The position numbers and the translations under genes are program-made. The notes below the pieces were generated by a model that had not been told where the DNA came from, made no database searches, and saw only the letters and a program-made list of their open reading frames with translations. Below, in pieces: positions 28,369 through 40,389 of a DNA stretch of 64,000 nucleotides (the first letter of the stretch is position 1; every line of letters starts with the position of its first letter). This DNA comes from Eledone cirrhosa (lineage: Eukaryota): the NCBI GenBank assembly GCA_964016885.1, contig OZ024741.1:224502001-224566000 (forward strand), in the 5' to 3' direction.

Positions 28369-28666
28369 TACCCATCTCCCAGATAGTTGAACGTTCGAAA
28401 GTATATACTTTCCTTATGAAAATTAACGGCTGAGCAGCCTAATTTGCATATTGAGTGAGTTAAATCGGTCAGGATGATAGCTAACAAGCTTGAAACTAGT
28501 ACATCGTTCCTGTGTCAGTGTTGAACAAAAAGGTGACGTGGTTGCCTTAACACCGTATGGCATAAATTCAGGCTGTTCGGTTTGTTGACAAACAAACGAA
28601 CAAAGCGGCGTTATAATAAACGTCGGCTAAACTGATGCGTGCATATATGTATGTGTACCTGTATGC

Positions 28667-28761
<95 letters not shown>

Positions 28762-28915
28762 TGCTACTGTACGTCTGTATACATATATGTATGTACGTAT
28801 ACATACATACTTACATTTAAGTAAGTGCCATACTAAGAGTGAGAAATGAAATTTCGTTTTCATTTTTTTTCAACTTATCGTTTTCGGTATGCCTGACCGA
28901 TTTAACTCACTCAAT

Positions 28916-28968
28916 ATGCAAATTAGGCTGCTCAGCCGTTAATTTTCATAAGGAAAGTATATACTTTC
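28916..28968 (+). promoter_or_regulatory. Octamer ATGCAAAT (28916-28923) and TATATA inside the 16-bp palindrome GAAAGTATATACTTTC (28953-28968)
   Basis: Motifs are seen directly. Promoter function is inferred only. Confidence 0.35.
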
Positions 28969-28996
28969 GAACGTTCAACTATCTGGCAGATGGGTA

Positions 28997-29041
28997 AACG
29001 GTGCTGATGATAGCTAACAAGCTTGAAACTAGTACATCGTT
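28997..29041 (+). ncRNA. Type I minimal hammerhead ribozyme
   Basis: AACGGTG-CTGATGA-T-AGCT-AACA-AGCT-T-GAAA-CTAG-TA-CATCGTT. It has a 7-bp stem I, an intact core, stem II and the palindromic tetraloop CTAG. Cleavage is predicted after 29034. Confidence 0.85.
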
Positions 29042-29199
29042 CCTGTGTCAGTGTTGAACAAAAAGGTGACGTGGTTGCCTTAACACCGTATGGCATAAAT
29101 TCAGGCTGTTCGGTTTGTTGACAAACAAACGAACAAAGCGGCGTTATAATAAACGTCGGCTAAACTGATGCGTGCATATATGTATGTGTACCTGTATGC

Positions 29200-29264
<65 letters not shown>

Positions 29265-29266
<2 letters not shown>

Positions 29267-29430
29267 TAAGAGAATTGGATGTTGTGTGCAAAAGAGAAGA
29301 CTGTATGTGATGTGTAGGAAGTTGATGGCTGTATAAAGAAATGCAGAGAATTCTCAATGGCTGGGATCCATGGAAGAGGCAGACATAGGAAGACTTGGGA
29401 TGTATCACTGCACATCCCACCCTCACGAAG
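29265..29430 (+). mobile_element. RTE 3' scrap
   Basis: Homologous to 31465-31620. Confidence 0.6.
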
Positions 29431-29439
29431 AATGCGCCT

Positions 29440-31745
29440 CCCAACATAATTTAATAGTAAGTGACCTCATAGTCAAGGCCAGGCATAATTGCTGGCAGAG
29501 GAATACCTTAAGAAGATTATGGAAGTTGAAGAACCCCACAGCCAGTAACAAATTCAAAGGCATATTACTTGATGCTTTTGATAGTAAGGAAGAGCAATTA
29601 GTGTCATACAATATAGAGGAACAGTGGGAATTCCTGAAAGTTAACCTGTTGAAGGGGACTGATGAAATCTGTGGCTGGGGCAGACCTTTAAGCAGGAGGA
29701 GAGTGACATGGTGGTGGAACAGTAAGGTGGAGAAGAGTCGTGGAAAGAATGACAGGACGGGGATAGAAGAGAACACTATTGGGTAGCTAAGAGAGAAGCT
29801 AGACAACATGTATACCTTGCAAAGAGGGAAGCAGAGGATAGTAAGTTCAAGCATATTCTACAATGGGAGGACCAAAGACATGAGATATTCAGGATTGCGA
29901 GGCAATGTGTCAAGGAGAACTGTGGTATTGTCAGGGAGACGTGTGTCCGTAATGACGATGGTGTACTTGCCCTCACTGATAGTGATAAGAAGGTAGCTTG
30001 GAAGTGTCACTACGAGAGACTACTGAATGTGGAGAATAAATGGGACAAAGATAGTCTGCCCCACATCGATCCAACAGAAGGACCAGCTGTGCAAGTTAAT
30101 GGTAGTGTAGTAAGTAAGGCAATCAATAATATGAAGACAGGTAAGGCAGCTGGGCCTTCGGGAATAGTTGCTGAAATGTTGAAGGTATCTGGAATGGTGG
30201 GACATACTATGGTCACCCAGATAGTAAACCAAGTAATACAGAATGGGGTCATACCAAATGACTGGCCTAGCAGCATCATCATCAACTGTTACAAGGGCAA
30301 AGGAGATGCCCTGGATAGAGGAAACTATAGAGGCATTAAGTTAGTTGACCAAATCATGAAAGTCACAGAAAGAGTTATTACTCAACTGATTAGAGACCAA
30401 GTTGATCTAGATGAAATACAGTTTGGGTTTGTGCCAGGTAAAAGTACCACGGATGCTCTTTTCCTTGTACAGTAATTGCAGAAGTACCTAGCTAACAGTA
30501 AACCCCTCTACTTAGCTTTTGTTGACCTGGAGAAGGCCTTTAACAGAGTCCCACGCACCTTAATCTGGTGGGTTCTTAGAAAACTGGGAGTGGAAGAATG
30601 GCTTGTGAGAGCTATACAAGCCGTGTATAGAGAAACAGTCAGCAAGTTAGAATTAACGAAGAATATTGTGATGAATTTAGCGTAATGGTAGGGGTTCACC
30701 AGGGCTCCGTTCTTATCCCCCTCCTGTTTATTATTTTCCTACAGGCTATAACAGAGGGGTTTAAGACTGGCTGCCCATGTGAACTTCTATATACAGATGA
30801 TCTAACTCTCATAGCTGAATCTATGGCTGAACTAGAGAGGAAGTTCCAAACATGGAAGCATGGCCTTGAATCAAAAGGCCTTAGAGTCAACTTGTCTAAG
30901 ACTAAGGTTCTAGTATGTAGAAAGGAGAATAGGGCACAGGCACCTTCTGGGAAATGGTCATGCTCAGTGTGTAAGAAGGAGTAGGCAGAAACTCCATTCT
31001 ATGTCCCAAATGCAAACTTTGGGTACATAAAAGATGTAGTAGGATCAGAGGTAAGCTATCTAAGAATGTAGATTTTATATGTGGCTGATGCTCAGGTGCC
31101 GTAAGTAGCAAGGACCCACCTCCTACAACTGCCCAGATGGTTCTATAGAAATAGTAGACACCTTCTGTTACCTGGGTGACAAAATCAGCAGTGGAGGAGA
31201 GTGCTCTGAAAGTGTAGTAGTCAGAGTTAGAGTGAGATGGAAAAAGTTCAGAGACCGCTGTTGGCCACAAGGGGTTTTTCTCTAAAAATGAAAGGCAGAT
31301 TGTATGATGCATGTATACGAATGGCGATATTACATGGTAGTAAGACATGGGCATTGGGTGGTGAAGACCTGCGTAGATTAGAAAGAAATGAAGCTTGCAT
31401 GCTCTGATGGATGTGTAATAGTAACGTGCGCGAAAGACGAAGCATAAACGAACTAAGAGGGAGACTAAGCATAAGAGGTATCAAATGTTGTGTTCTGGAG
31501 AGAAGATTGCATTGGTATGGACATGTGATGCGTATGAAGGACGACAGCTGTATAAAAAAGTGCAGGGCAATGAAAATTGATGGAAGCTGCGGAGTGGGTA
31601 GACCAAGAAAAACCTGGGACGAGGTGATAAAAACTGACCTTGCCCACTTACACCTCTCTAAGACAATGACACTAGATCAAGACCTTTGGCGCTCTGCAGT
31701 TGTATAGAAGACCCAACTACCATTGCATACAAACCTACAGTCAGT
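29440..31745 (+). pseudogene. RTE-clade LINE, 5'-truncated, frameshifted RT
   Basis: Motifs TWWWN, KAAGPSGI, YRGIKL, QFGFVPGKSTTDA, AFVDLEKAFNRVP, GVHQGSVL.PLLF, LLYTDDL, CPKCKLWVH, RRLHWYGHVMR and GRPRKTW across broken frames. Confidence 0.95.
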
Positions 31746-31854
31746 AGGCACCTCTTAACTCAATATACACTTCACCCTACCCCATCCTCCCTCTCCCGTT
31801 CCGTCCACTGTGTTGATGACACTAAGGTGGCCATGTAGGAGACACAGTGAAAAG

Positions 31855-32040
31855 GCTCCCAGTCCACACTGTAAATGTGGTTGGTGTTAGGAAGGGCATC
31901 CAGCTGTAAAAAAACCTTCCAGCTACACTTCTGTCCGACCGAGACATGGTCTCCCGACCATTCCCGCATCAAATGAAACAAAACCGTCTAACCCATGCTA
32001 ACGAGGAAGATGGGCGTTAAACGATGATGATGATGATGAT
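31855..32040 (+). mobile_element. Family-B/RTE-type 3' segment with (GAT)n tail
   Basis: GGTTGGTGTTAGGAAGGGCATCCAG...AACCCATGC...GATGATGAT. Confidence 0.75.
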
Positions 32041-32284
32041 GTATCAACGTGTCTTTCTTTTCTTTAAGCTTCTAGGGTGTAATTTGAGAGAGCTTTGCTT
32101 ACTATCTCTAGTAGATCAAGCATTCACACAGAAGCACGCCTGTTAGTTTGAGAAAGATAAAATAGACCATAGAAATAGCAAGGGTAATAAGACATTAAAT
32201 ATATGACAATGGCTAAAGACAAGTAGCTAATTGGCTGAGTCATCAGAACATAGCTATCAGCTACAAATAACATCTCAATCTCCC

Positions 32285-33260
32285 TGAACCCTTTTCATAA
32301 CAAACTGCTTGAAACCAGCCTAGATTTATGATTTAAAAAGACTGCTCATTTTAAAATGTTTATACTTATATTAGAATCTTCCATCATAATTATATTTTAG
32401 ATATTTTTGTTAAGTAGTGTGCTTACTACTTATTTATCAGCTTACTACAGAAAAATTTAATTATTTGATTAAATACCTACAAATATTTTGGTTAATTTCG
32501 AAATTAATTTAGCATTTAAACTGGCCATATCTGGTCAGAATTCTCTCACCTCTTTCTGTTCAAACTGGCCATAACAGGCTGCTCATACTTAAGGTATTGT
32601 TCGCAAAATAAATAATATCAAAGTCTCATATATTCAATATTATGTGCGATAAAACCTTTACCATGAAATAGTAAATATAGAGTAATGTAAATGCTAAAGG
32701 GTTAAACACATAAACAGTGTATTTCATTAGAAATACAGTTATGAAAGGTTTCATCTAATTTAAAAAATCCTTTTGATACCAAAGCCTCTGAAATTGCCCT
32801 AGATCTATAATATGGAACTGCTCGTTTTAAAATGTTTTTCCTTATATTAAACTTTCTATCACAATTATATTCTAGAAATTTTTCTTATATAATGGTCTAA
32901 ATGTCAGCTTACTTATGAGAAACGTTAGTAATTTTATTAAATTCCTACAAAGGTTTGGTTATTTTCAAAATTAATTGAAAAACATTCGCAGAGGCAACAT
33001 AACATATGGAAACAACAAAAACACTGATGTATTTCAATTAATTTTGAAAATAACCAAAAATTTGGAGGAATTTAATAAAATAACTAAATTTTTCATTAGT
33101 AAGCTGATAACTGCTGATATTTAGAACATTACTTAACAAAAATTTCTGAAATAATATTAGGATGAAAGGTTTTAATATAAGGATAAACATTTTAGAATGA
33201 GCAGCTTTCTGTAATAAATCCAGGCCAGTCTTAGGTGTTTTGGTAACAAAAGGGTTAGGG
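32285..33260. mobile_element. Cluster of piggyBac-type MITE fragments (incl. 32508-32705)
   Basis: ACCCTTTT / AAAGGGTTA termini. Three related copies, at 32285-32507, 32765-32980 and 33040-33258 (inverted). Confidence 0.6.
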
Positions 33261-33665
33261 AAATTAAGAAAGTTGCAGATTTGATCTGTGGGATGTAATT
33301 TGCTGACCTCGACCTTACACTTTAACACTTGGTGCTATATTTTCAATATACTGTCTTGCTCTCTATTGAATTGTAACATTTCCAACACAATATAACATAT
33401 CTGAAACACAAACACACACATACTCTATCTCTCTCTCTCTCTCTTTCACACACGCACAATCTCTCTATCTCTCTCTCTCTCTTTCACACACACAAACACA
33501 GATACACACCTGTGCACACACGCACGCACACACACACACTCTCTCTCTTTTACACATGCACACACACACACTATCTCTCTCTTTCTTTTACACAGACAAA
33601 CACACATTCACACATGTGCATACACATGTGCACACACGTGCACATACACATAACCTTTCTCTTTA

Positions 33666-33723
<58 letters not shown>

Positions 33724-34237
33724 TCACTCTTTCTCTGTCTCTCTCTCTCCTCTCTCTTTCTCTCTCTCTCTGTCCCTCTCTCCTCTCTCTTTCTCTCCCC
33801 TTCCCACACATACAATTTGGTTTCTAATAACATATTTAAATGGCTATCTCAATATTTCTCCTGCTGCAGAGATATCTATAGATTTACAGAGTTATATTGT
33901 TCTGATATCAAATTATGTTGATCCATATAAGCTATAAAACACACCGAACAGATTGTTCTTGAGATCAATAGCTAAATATATCAGTTCATAATCAAAGATA
34001 ATCAGTAGAGTCTGAGAAAACTAATGGTGAATCAATTCAAATGAAAATATATAATGGCTGGCGGGGTAGGAGATAAGTTGGTGGGCCACCAGAAAGGAAT
34101 AATTCCATCAATTTGAGCAGCAACCTTTGACCTCATAATGACAGGTAATTTTATGTGTCTATAAACTTTATATCTGAAATGATATTTACAACTGAAGACT
34201 ATCTGTGATAAGGTTCTTATTAACTACATTAATATTA

Positions 34238-34690
34238 GGGTGGTGGATTGGCAGAATTGGTAGAGCCATTGTGATGTTAGTTTTGGCTCTTTACATTCTG
34301 AGTTCAAATCCCACCAAGGGCAACTTTGCCTTTCTTGGGCTTGCAATCATGAGGTTGTGAGTTCGATTCCTGGACCCGGTGATCTATCTCTTGGACATTG
34401 ATCTTTCTTTTGGTATGCATGGGTGACTGCTGGTCTTCTGCAAACAGCCTTGCCCAGACATATATGCTTTAGAGGGAAACTTTCTTGGTGTAAATCTCAG
34501 TCATTTGTAATTGAAGGGGTTTTTTACCCTTTACCCTTTTACATTGTTTGTGTAGCATGCCAGAAAGAATGCTTTGTAGTATTCGTTCCATCTCTCTGTG
34601 ATTTCTGAGTTCAAATCTTGCTGAGGTCAACTTTTCCTTTTATTCTTTTGAGATCAATGAAAAAAGTACTAGTACAGTAAAGGGGTTAAT
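34238..34690 (+). mobile_element. Degraded family-A and family-B SINE fragments
   Basis: GAGTTCAAATC and GAGTTCGATTCC B-boxes. Confidence 0.7.
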
Positions 34691-34949
34691 TCTCTCTTGA
34701 TATATCTTTCTCTCTTCCTCTCTCTCACTCCTTCTCTGGAAGAAATCAGCTGTTCAGACCTAGAGAGGGGATTGGCCCTGCCAGGTTTAAGCTGCCCATG
34801 TATGTCACAATGGCATACTTTGCTTGTGTAAGTTTGTCTAATTTATATAAATATAAATATATAATCACATATATATGTATGTGATATGTATATTGCATAC
34901 ACACACACACATACACACAGTGACATATATGTACATATACATATGTATG

Positions 34950-36135
34950 TAAAAGGTAAACATAAATGGTACAGTATACGGAAGGAATATATTAGGTTAA
35001 TGTTTGAAATAGCAGGAAGAAGGTCTTAATGTTTCGAACATCAGAAGAAATGATAAGAAATTAGAAAGCTTGAAGGGACAAGCAGGGCGGAATTGGAAAA
35101 AAGTGTTTTTAGAAAAAAATAACAGGTCCATTCCTGTTGTCATCTCTTGGAAAACTGTTGATGTTGGCATTTTGTGTATGATATACTTTTTTAGAAAAGT
35201 GGATGATGGCACGTTTCTATCTGAAATAGAAAAAAAAACTTTTTTTTATATAGAGCTATATGTGTGTGCATGCATATGTGTGTGTGTGTGTGTGTGCATG
35301 TGTTATTATATGTTCGTATGGAGCTAAGAGGATATGTGTGTGTATAAGTAAGTAAAGAGAGTGGGTGCGCTTGTAAGTATGAAGCTGTGAGCAAAAGTAT
35401 GCCAATATTAGGGAGTTTGTGTGTGTGTATACAGAGCTGTGAAGGGAAAAGTAGAGGTGTGTGTGTGTATTTTGTTGGTCTGTATGTTTCTGACCAAAAG
35501 AGAGCCATAGCAATCTAGGGGTGAATGTACAAGCATGTGTGTGATAACGGACGGGGTAAATGTGATGGGGTAGAGATGTAAGTACAAACGTATATGTGTA
35601 ATATTAAAGAAATTGGGGAGGGGAGTTGAGTCCATTAGGGAAACATGACCCAATGCGCAAAATCAGACTCTGTTCAGTCCTGGTGCGTGAGGCCTGTAAA
35701 ACGTGATGTAAAAGGACACCAAGGATTGAAATATATAAGGAAGAGTGACGTGAGAAACGGAAATGACGGGCGACGGGAGTATCCATATCGAGTTGTATGA
35801 CCCTCAAATGTTCAGCGGTGTGCTAAATGGCGTCCCATTTGTCTATTACATAAGGACCAACAAAAGGAACACCAGAAGGCATAGACAACGTAGGTGGAGG
35901 TGCAGGTGAAGGAGTGGCAGATACGGAATGAAGTGTTGGGGCCTGTAAGAGTTGATATAATGACTGTATAGCTCAGGAGTAGGTCCAGTGTACTGGGAGA
36001 AGGGCTGGGCTTCGATGTAGCCATCAAACAAGTTGGCATAGTTCGGACCCATTCTGGTTCCCATCGCTACCCCAGAGACCTGCTGGTAGAACTCACCAGA
36101 AAAGAAAAAAACCCATTGAGGGTCAGAATAAACTC
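34950..36135 (-). mobile_element. Penelope-like element, internally deleted (RT fragment, GIY-YIG endonuclease, 3' pLTR remnant)
   Basis: Translations GVAMGTRMGPNYANLF, FTCTSTYVVYAFWCSFC and PVARHF..H..RTRTEQSLILRIGSCFPNGLN. Downstream at ~35025-35050 is CTGATG..GAAACATTAAGAC, an HHR with stem II deleted. Confidence 0.88.
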
Positions 36136-36407
36136 AGCCAGATAGAGAAGAGTGGTAGGCGTGTATATATATATACATATATATATAAAGGACCCAGTCC
36201 ACCCTATAAAGTGACATGACAAAAAACACCCAGTCCTCTTTGTAAAGTGGTTGTGTTGGTGATATGACAAAAAGTACTCAGTTCACCAAAAAAAGGGGTG
36301 TCAGTATATCTGTATGTAGGTGTATGTAAGTGGGTGTGCTGACAGAAGTGTTTGTGTGCCATCAGGAGTTGCACGTGCATGAGGCACAAGCACACATGTG
36401 TAGTGTC

Positions 36408-37310
36408 AGTTGGCCATATGTGAACAGGGCCAACATGGCAACTTATTCATCATTACATTGAGGCCCAAATCTTTCCCCAATACACGGGTCCCACCTCAGA
36501 GCTATACAGTCAGTACATCGACGCTTGTATCAGTGCCACCTCATTCACCCAAGAACAGCTCAACTCCTTCCACTCCTTCCACCCTGCCCTTGACTTCACC
36601 ACCTCCATCTCCACCACTCCCATCATTCTGTCATCATCTCCTCCTTTTTTTAAACTCACTGACTCCCATACCTAACTCAATTTCACATCCCTGAACCCCA
36701 TCCACACCAAACACTCCATCCCCTAATCTCTTTGCTTCCATTAACTGTGAAGTTGAATCCACGACTTTAAGGTCCAAACCCAATATATGGCTAGACTGTT
36801 CACTCAGCGAGGGTACCAACCAACCCTGGTCTAGGCCGCTCTCACCTGAGCCAGTGATTGATCGCACCACTGGCCTCACACATGCCACTGCCCCCACCAA
36901 CCAGCTACCCTTCCTCCTTACTTACCAGCCCTCCACCTTGCCAATCCTCTATCTCTTCTGCAGCCTCTATAATCTTCTCATCCACAGTTCACTTTCCCCT
37001 CCCACTTATCTCCCAGATCCCACACTTTTCCTTTCTTCACTGACACCACCCCTCTTACAGGACCCATCGACCAAATTTTCCACATTAGGGACTCCTTTCG
37101 CTGCACCTCCATGAATCTTGCTTACAGGATCTGGTGCACACTATGTGAGTCCATCTATATTGCTGTCATTTGGCGTACAGATTTGCTGAGCAGCTCTGGG
37201 ACATCTGACAGGGTGGCCTGTCTCCCCTCGCTTGACATTTCTGATCCACCTGACACTCCACAAACCACCTCACAATTTTCGGCCTGAACTCATGCCTTAG
37301 GAAGGAACAG
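36408..37310 (+). pseudogene. Second Penelope-like RT/GIY-YIG fragment
   Basis: YIEAQIFPQYTGPTSELYSQYIDACISA (RT YIDD region), plus a degraded CTS.NL.Y.IWC.LC..IYI near 37100-37160. Confidence 0.75.
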
Positions 37311-37770
37311 TACCACTATGAGGAGGGACAGGCCAGTTGGGACTGGATGGCACTGCTATTTGGAGGGATAGGCCAGTTGGCTGGGCCAAACACTTCTCAC
37401 AGCAGAACCACAGTTCTCACAGTGGAACCATGGTTTGGGAACCACAATGTGGAACTGGATAGCACCATTATTAGGAGAGACAGGCCAGTTGGCCACACTG
37501 AACCATTCTTACAGTGGAACCAGAGTTTAGGAGCCTGGAACTGGCACCACTATGAGGAGGAACAGGCTAGTTGGCCACGCCGAACCCTTCTTACAGTGGA
37601 ACAATGGTTTGGGAGCCACAACCACGTTTACAGTGTGGGACTGGATGGTACTGTTATGAGGAGGGACAGGGCAGTTGGCCACACCATACCCTGCTCAGAG
37701 CAGAACCATAGTTTATGAGGGAGGTTGGGCCAGTTGGCTGCGTCAAACCTTACTCATAATGGGAACCCTG
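37310..37770. repeat. Degenerate tandem repeat (GAGGAGGGACAGGCCAGTTGG core)
   Basis: The core recurs about 6 times with variable spacing. Confidence 0.7.
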
Positions 37771-37944
37771 TTACTGCGTGGGCTTGCCGTCAACTGTGTT
37801 TGCAGTGTAAAGATGGGTGGAGTCATTATGAGCCAAGTCCAGGGTTGAGTTGTTGACATGGGTCTTTTGTCGTATGTTGTAGCGCCAGAGGACCCGGTCC
37901 TGGGTCATCTTTATTGGGATATTTAGTTGAGTCAGGGCCGCCTT

Positions 37945-38300
37945 TATCGTTTAATCACATGTCTTCCTGGGTCTTCCTCTTTTGGGGCAGCCTGCAACCT
38001 CTAAAGCCCTGCACCTTTTTAAACAGCTGTCATCCTTCATGTGAATTATGTGACCATACAACCACAGACATCCTTCATGTGAATTATGTGACCATACAAC
38101 CACAGACATCTCTCCTGCACACAACATTTGATCCCTCTTATGCTCAGTTTTACTCTCAATACATTTACACTTGGCCGTTCATGTACACTTCTATTACACA
38201 TCCATCTGATCAAGCAGGCTTCATTTCTTTCCAATCTCTGTAATGTCCTCGACATGTAGAGCCCATGTTTCACTTCCATGTAGCATTGCTGAGCGTACAC
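37945..38300 (-). mobile_element. RTE 3' fragment
   Basis: LQRLERNEACLIRWMCN...LSIRGIKCCVQER..WLYGH. Confidence 0.85.
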
Positions 38301-38769
38301 AGGTATTGTACTGGTTGCTTTTATCTTGAGCGAGAGACCTTTTGTATCCTGTTCTTATTCTGGCAACTGTGCTTCCTGGACAACCACCTCTGCAGCTGTA
38401 TATAATACATATATAGATATAGATATATATGACACAGGACTGAGACCTCTGGCGTTACGCAGTAATACAGAAGACTCGAGTTCCCACGAGTACAAGCCGA
38501 AGCTGAAACATATAGACAATATGCCCCCACACCCCTCCCACTCTAAAGTGGTCATGTAGGCACCACGTTAAAAAGCACCCAGTACTCACTGTAAATGAGG
38601 TTGGTGTTAGGAAGGGCATCCAGCTGTAGAAACTGAGCCAAAATCAGTTGTGTATGAGCAAGACATGATACCTGACCTGGCATTGCCCACAGTCAACCCG
38701 TCTAACCCATACTTGCTTTTTCCTTTTTCTTCCCTTTTCCCTTTTGTTACATATTTTTTTTCTCTCTCT

Positions 38770-38933
38770 CCCTATTTTTCCCAATAACTTCCTTTAGTTA
38801 TTGACGCACTGGGGTAAGATATCTTGTTGTTAATGCATAGAAATATCTATGATCCCCAGCAGAGAAATGATGAAGGAAAATTTTCCTCTTATTTATAAGT
38901 ACACCTTATCCAGCAACTACACAGTCCCTGTTT

Positions 38934-38935
<2 letters not shown>
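38770..38935 (+). mobile_element. Diverged family-3 terminal motif
   Basis: Aligns with 24270-24395 plus 23135-23174 (CCCAAYRACTT, GAAATAYCTRTGAT, TGATGA, GCAACYACRCAG). Confidence 0.65.
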
Positions 38936-38984
<49 letters not shown>

Positions 38985-38986
<2 letters not shown>

Positions 38987-39151
38987 CTGGACAATATTCC
39001 TGGACCAGGCGATGTGTTATGTCCTTGAGCAAGACACTTTATTTCACGTTGCTCCTTCTACCTGGAGTTGCGACCGATAGATAGTATTAGCAATTGGAAA
39101 GACCAACGGAAACATTGTTCCCTCGGTCCGATTTGACGAAAGTCGATCGTT

Positions 39152-39155
<4 letters not shown>
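38985..39155 (+). mobile_element. Family-B SINE variant fragment
   Basis: Reverse-complement match to 53060-53220. Confidence 0.8.
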
Positions 39156-39194
<39 letters not shown>

Positions 39195-39283
39195 GGGGAG
39201 AAGAATACTGCTGGTTGCACATGGATAACATGTAATAAAATAAGTCCCTCATCAGTGATTTGCCGACGATCATAGATATTTCA
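39195..39283 (-). mobile_element. Third variant of the family-3 terminal motif
   Basis: GAAATATCTATGATCGTCGGCAAATCACTGATGAGGGAC...GCAACCAGCAG. Confidence 0.65.
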
Positions 39284-39291
39284 TATAAAAG

Positions 39292-39474
39292 TGCGGTGGA
39301 TTGGCAGTATCAGTAGAGGGTCGGACGCCATGCTTTCCAGCATAGTTACGTCCCTTTACGATCTGAGTTCAAATCCCGCCAAGGTTGACTTTGCCTTTCA
39401 TCCTTACGGGGTCGATAAAATAAAGTACCAGTAATGCACTGGGTAATTGCTGGCCTTGTGCCTAAAGTAGAAAC

Positions 39475-39480
<6 letters not shown>
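39292..39480 (+). mobile_element. SINE family A, full length
   Basis: A and B boxes plus complete body. Confidence 0.92.
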
Positions 39481-39535
<55 letters not shown>

Positions 39536-39914
39536 TAATAGCTTAGAAAATCAGGTAAAATACCCCTACAGATGGAAAAAAAGTAACCAGCAGCCAGGTC
39601 GATAAAAATGTACCACTACAGTAATGTGATCGATTCTTTCTCTACATGTCTTTCTCACTTCCTCTCTAATTCTCTCTCTCTTTCTCCTTCTCCAGAAGAA
39701 ATTGGAGAAGGATGGGCTCTGCCTAGTTTAAAATGCCCCAGACATGCTGTATGTCACTATGACTCCATTAGATGTTATGGGTCCATGCATACATACACAC
39801 ATACACACATGAATCTGCCTACCTATCTACATATCTATTTATCTATATACCTATCTATCTACCTACCTCTCTCTTTTTCTATATATATATATGTGTGTAT
39901 GTATGTATGTATGC

Positions 39915-39954
<40 letters not shown>

Positions 39955-39994
39955 TTATATATACACACATATATATACATAAACACACACACAC

Positions 39995-40049
<55 letters not shown>

Positions 40050-40080
40050 TATATATATATATATGTGTGTGTATATATAA

Positions 40081-40122
<42 letters not shown>

Positions 40123-40248
40123 TTATATATACACATATATATATACATAAACACACACACACATATATATATATGTGTGTGTATGTGTGTGTATGTATAT
40201 ATATGTATATATATATATGTGTGTATATATAAATATGTATATATATAT

Positions 40249-40284
<36 letters not shown>

Positions 40285-40328
40285 TTATATATACACACAT
40301 ATATATATATATATACATATATATACAT

Positions 40329-40360
<32 letters not shown>

Positions 40361-40389
40361 GTGTGTGTGTGTGTGTATACACACATACA

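Larger units (their letters stand above)
27986..29265. mobile_element. Non-autonomous HHR-bearing element (family 4): one minus copy plus ~1.5 tandem plus copies
   Basis: Minus copy 27986-28473, plus a head-to-tail run 28473-29265 (+) with a 533-bp period. Copies are near-identical apart from internal (TA)n length. No ORF. Confidence 0.9.

Noticed and set aside
38829-38866. Twister-like TAATGC...GCAGAG
   Set aside because: No P4/L4 pseudoknot partners, and the pattern is not conserved in the homologous 24-kb copy.
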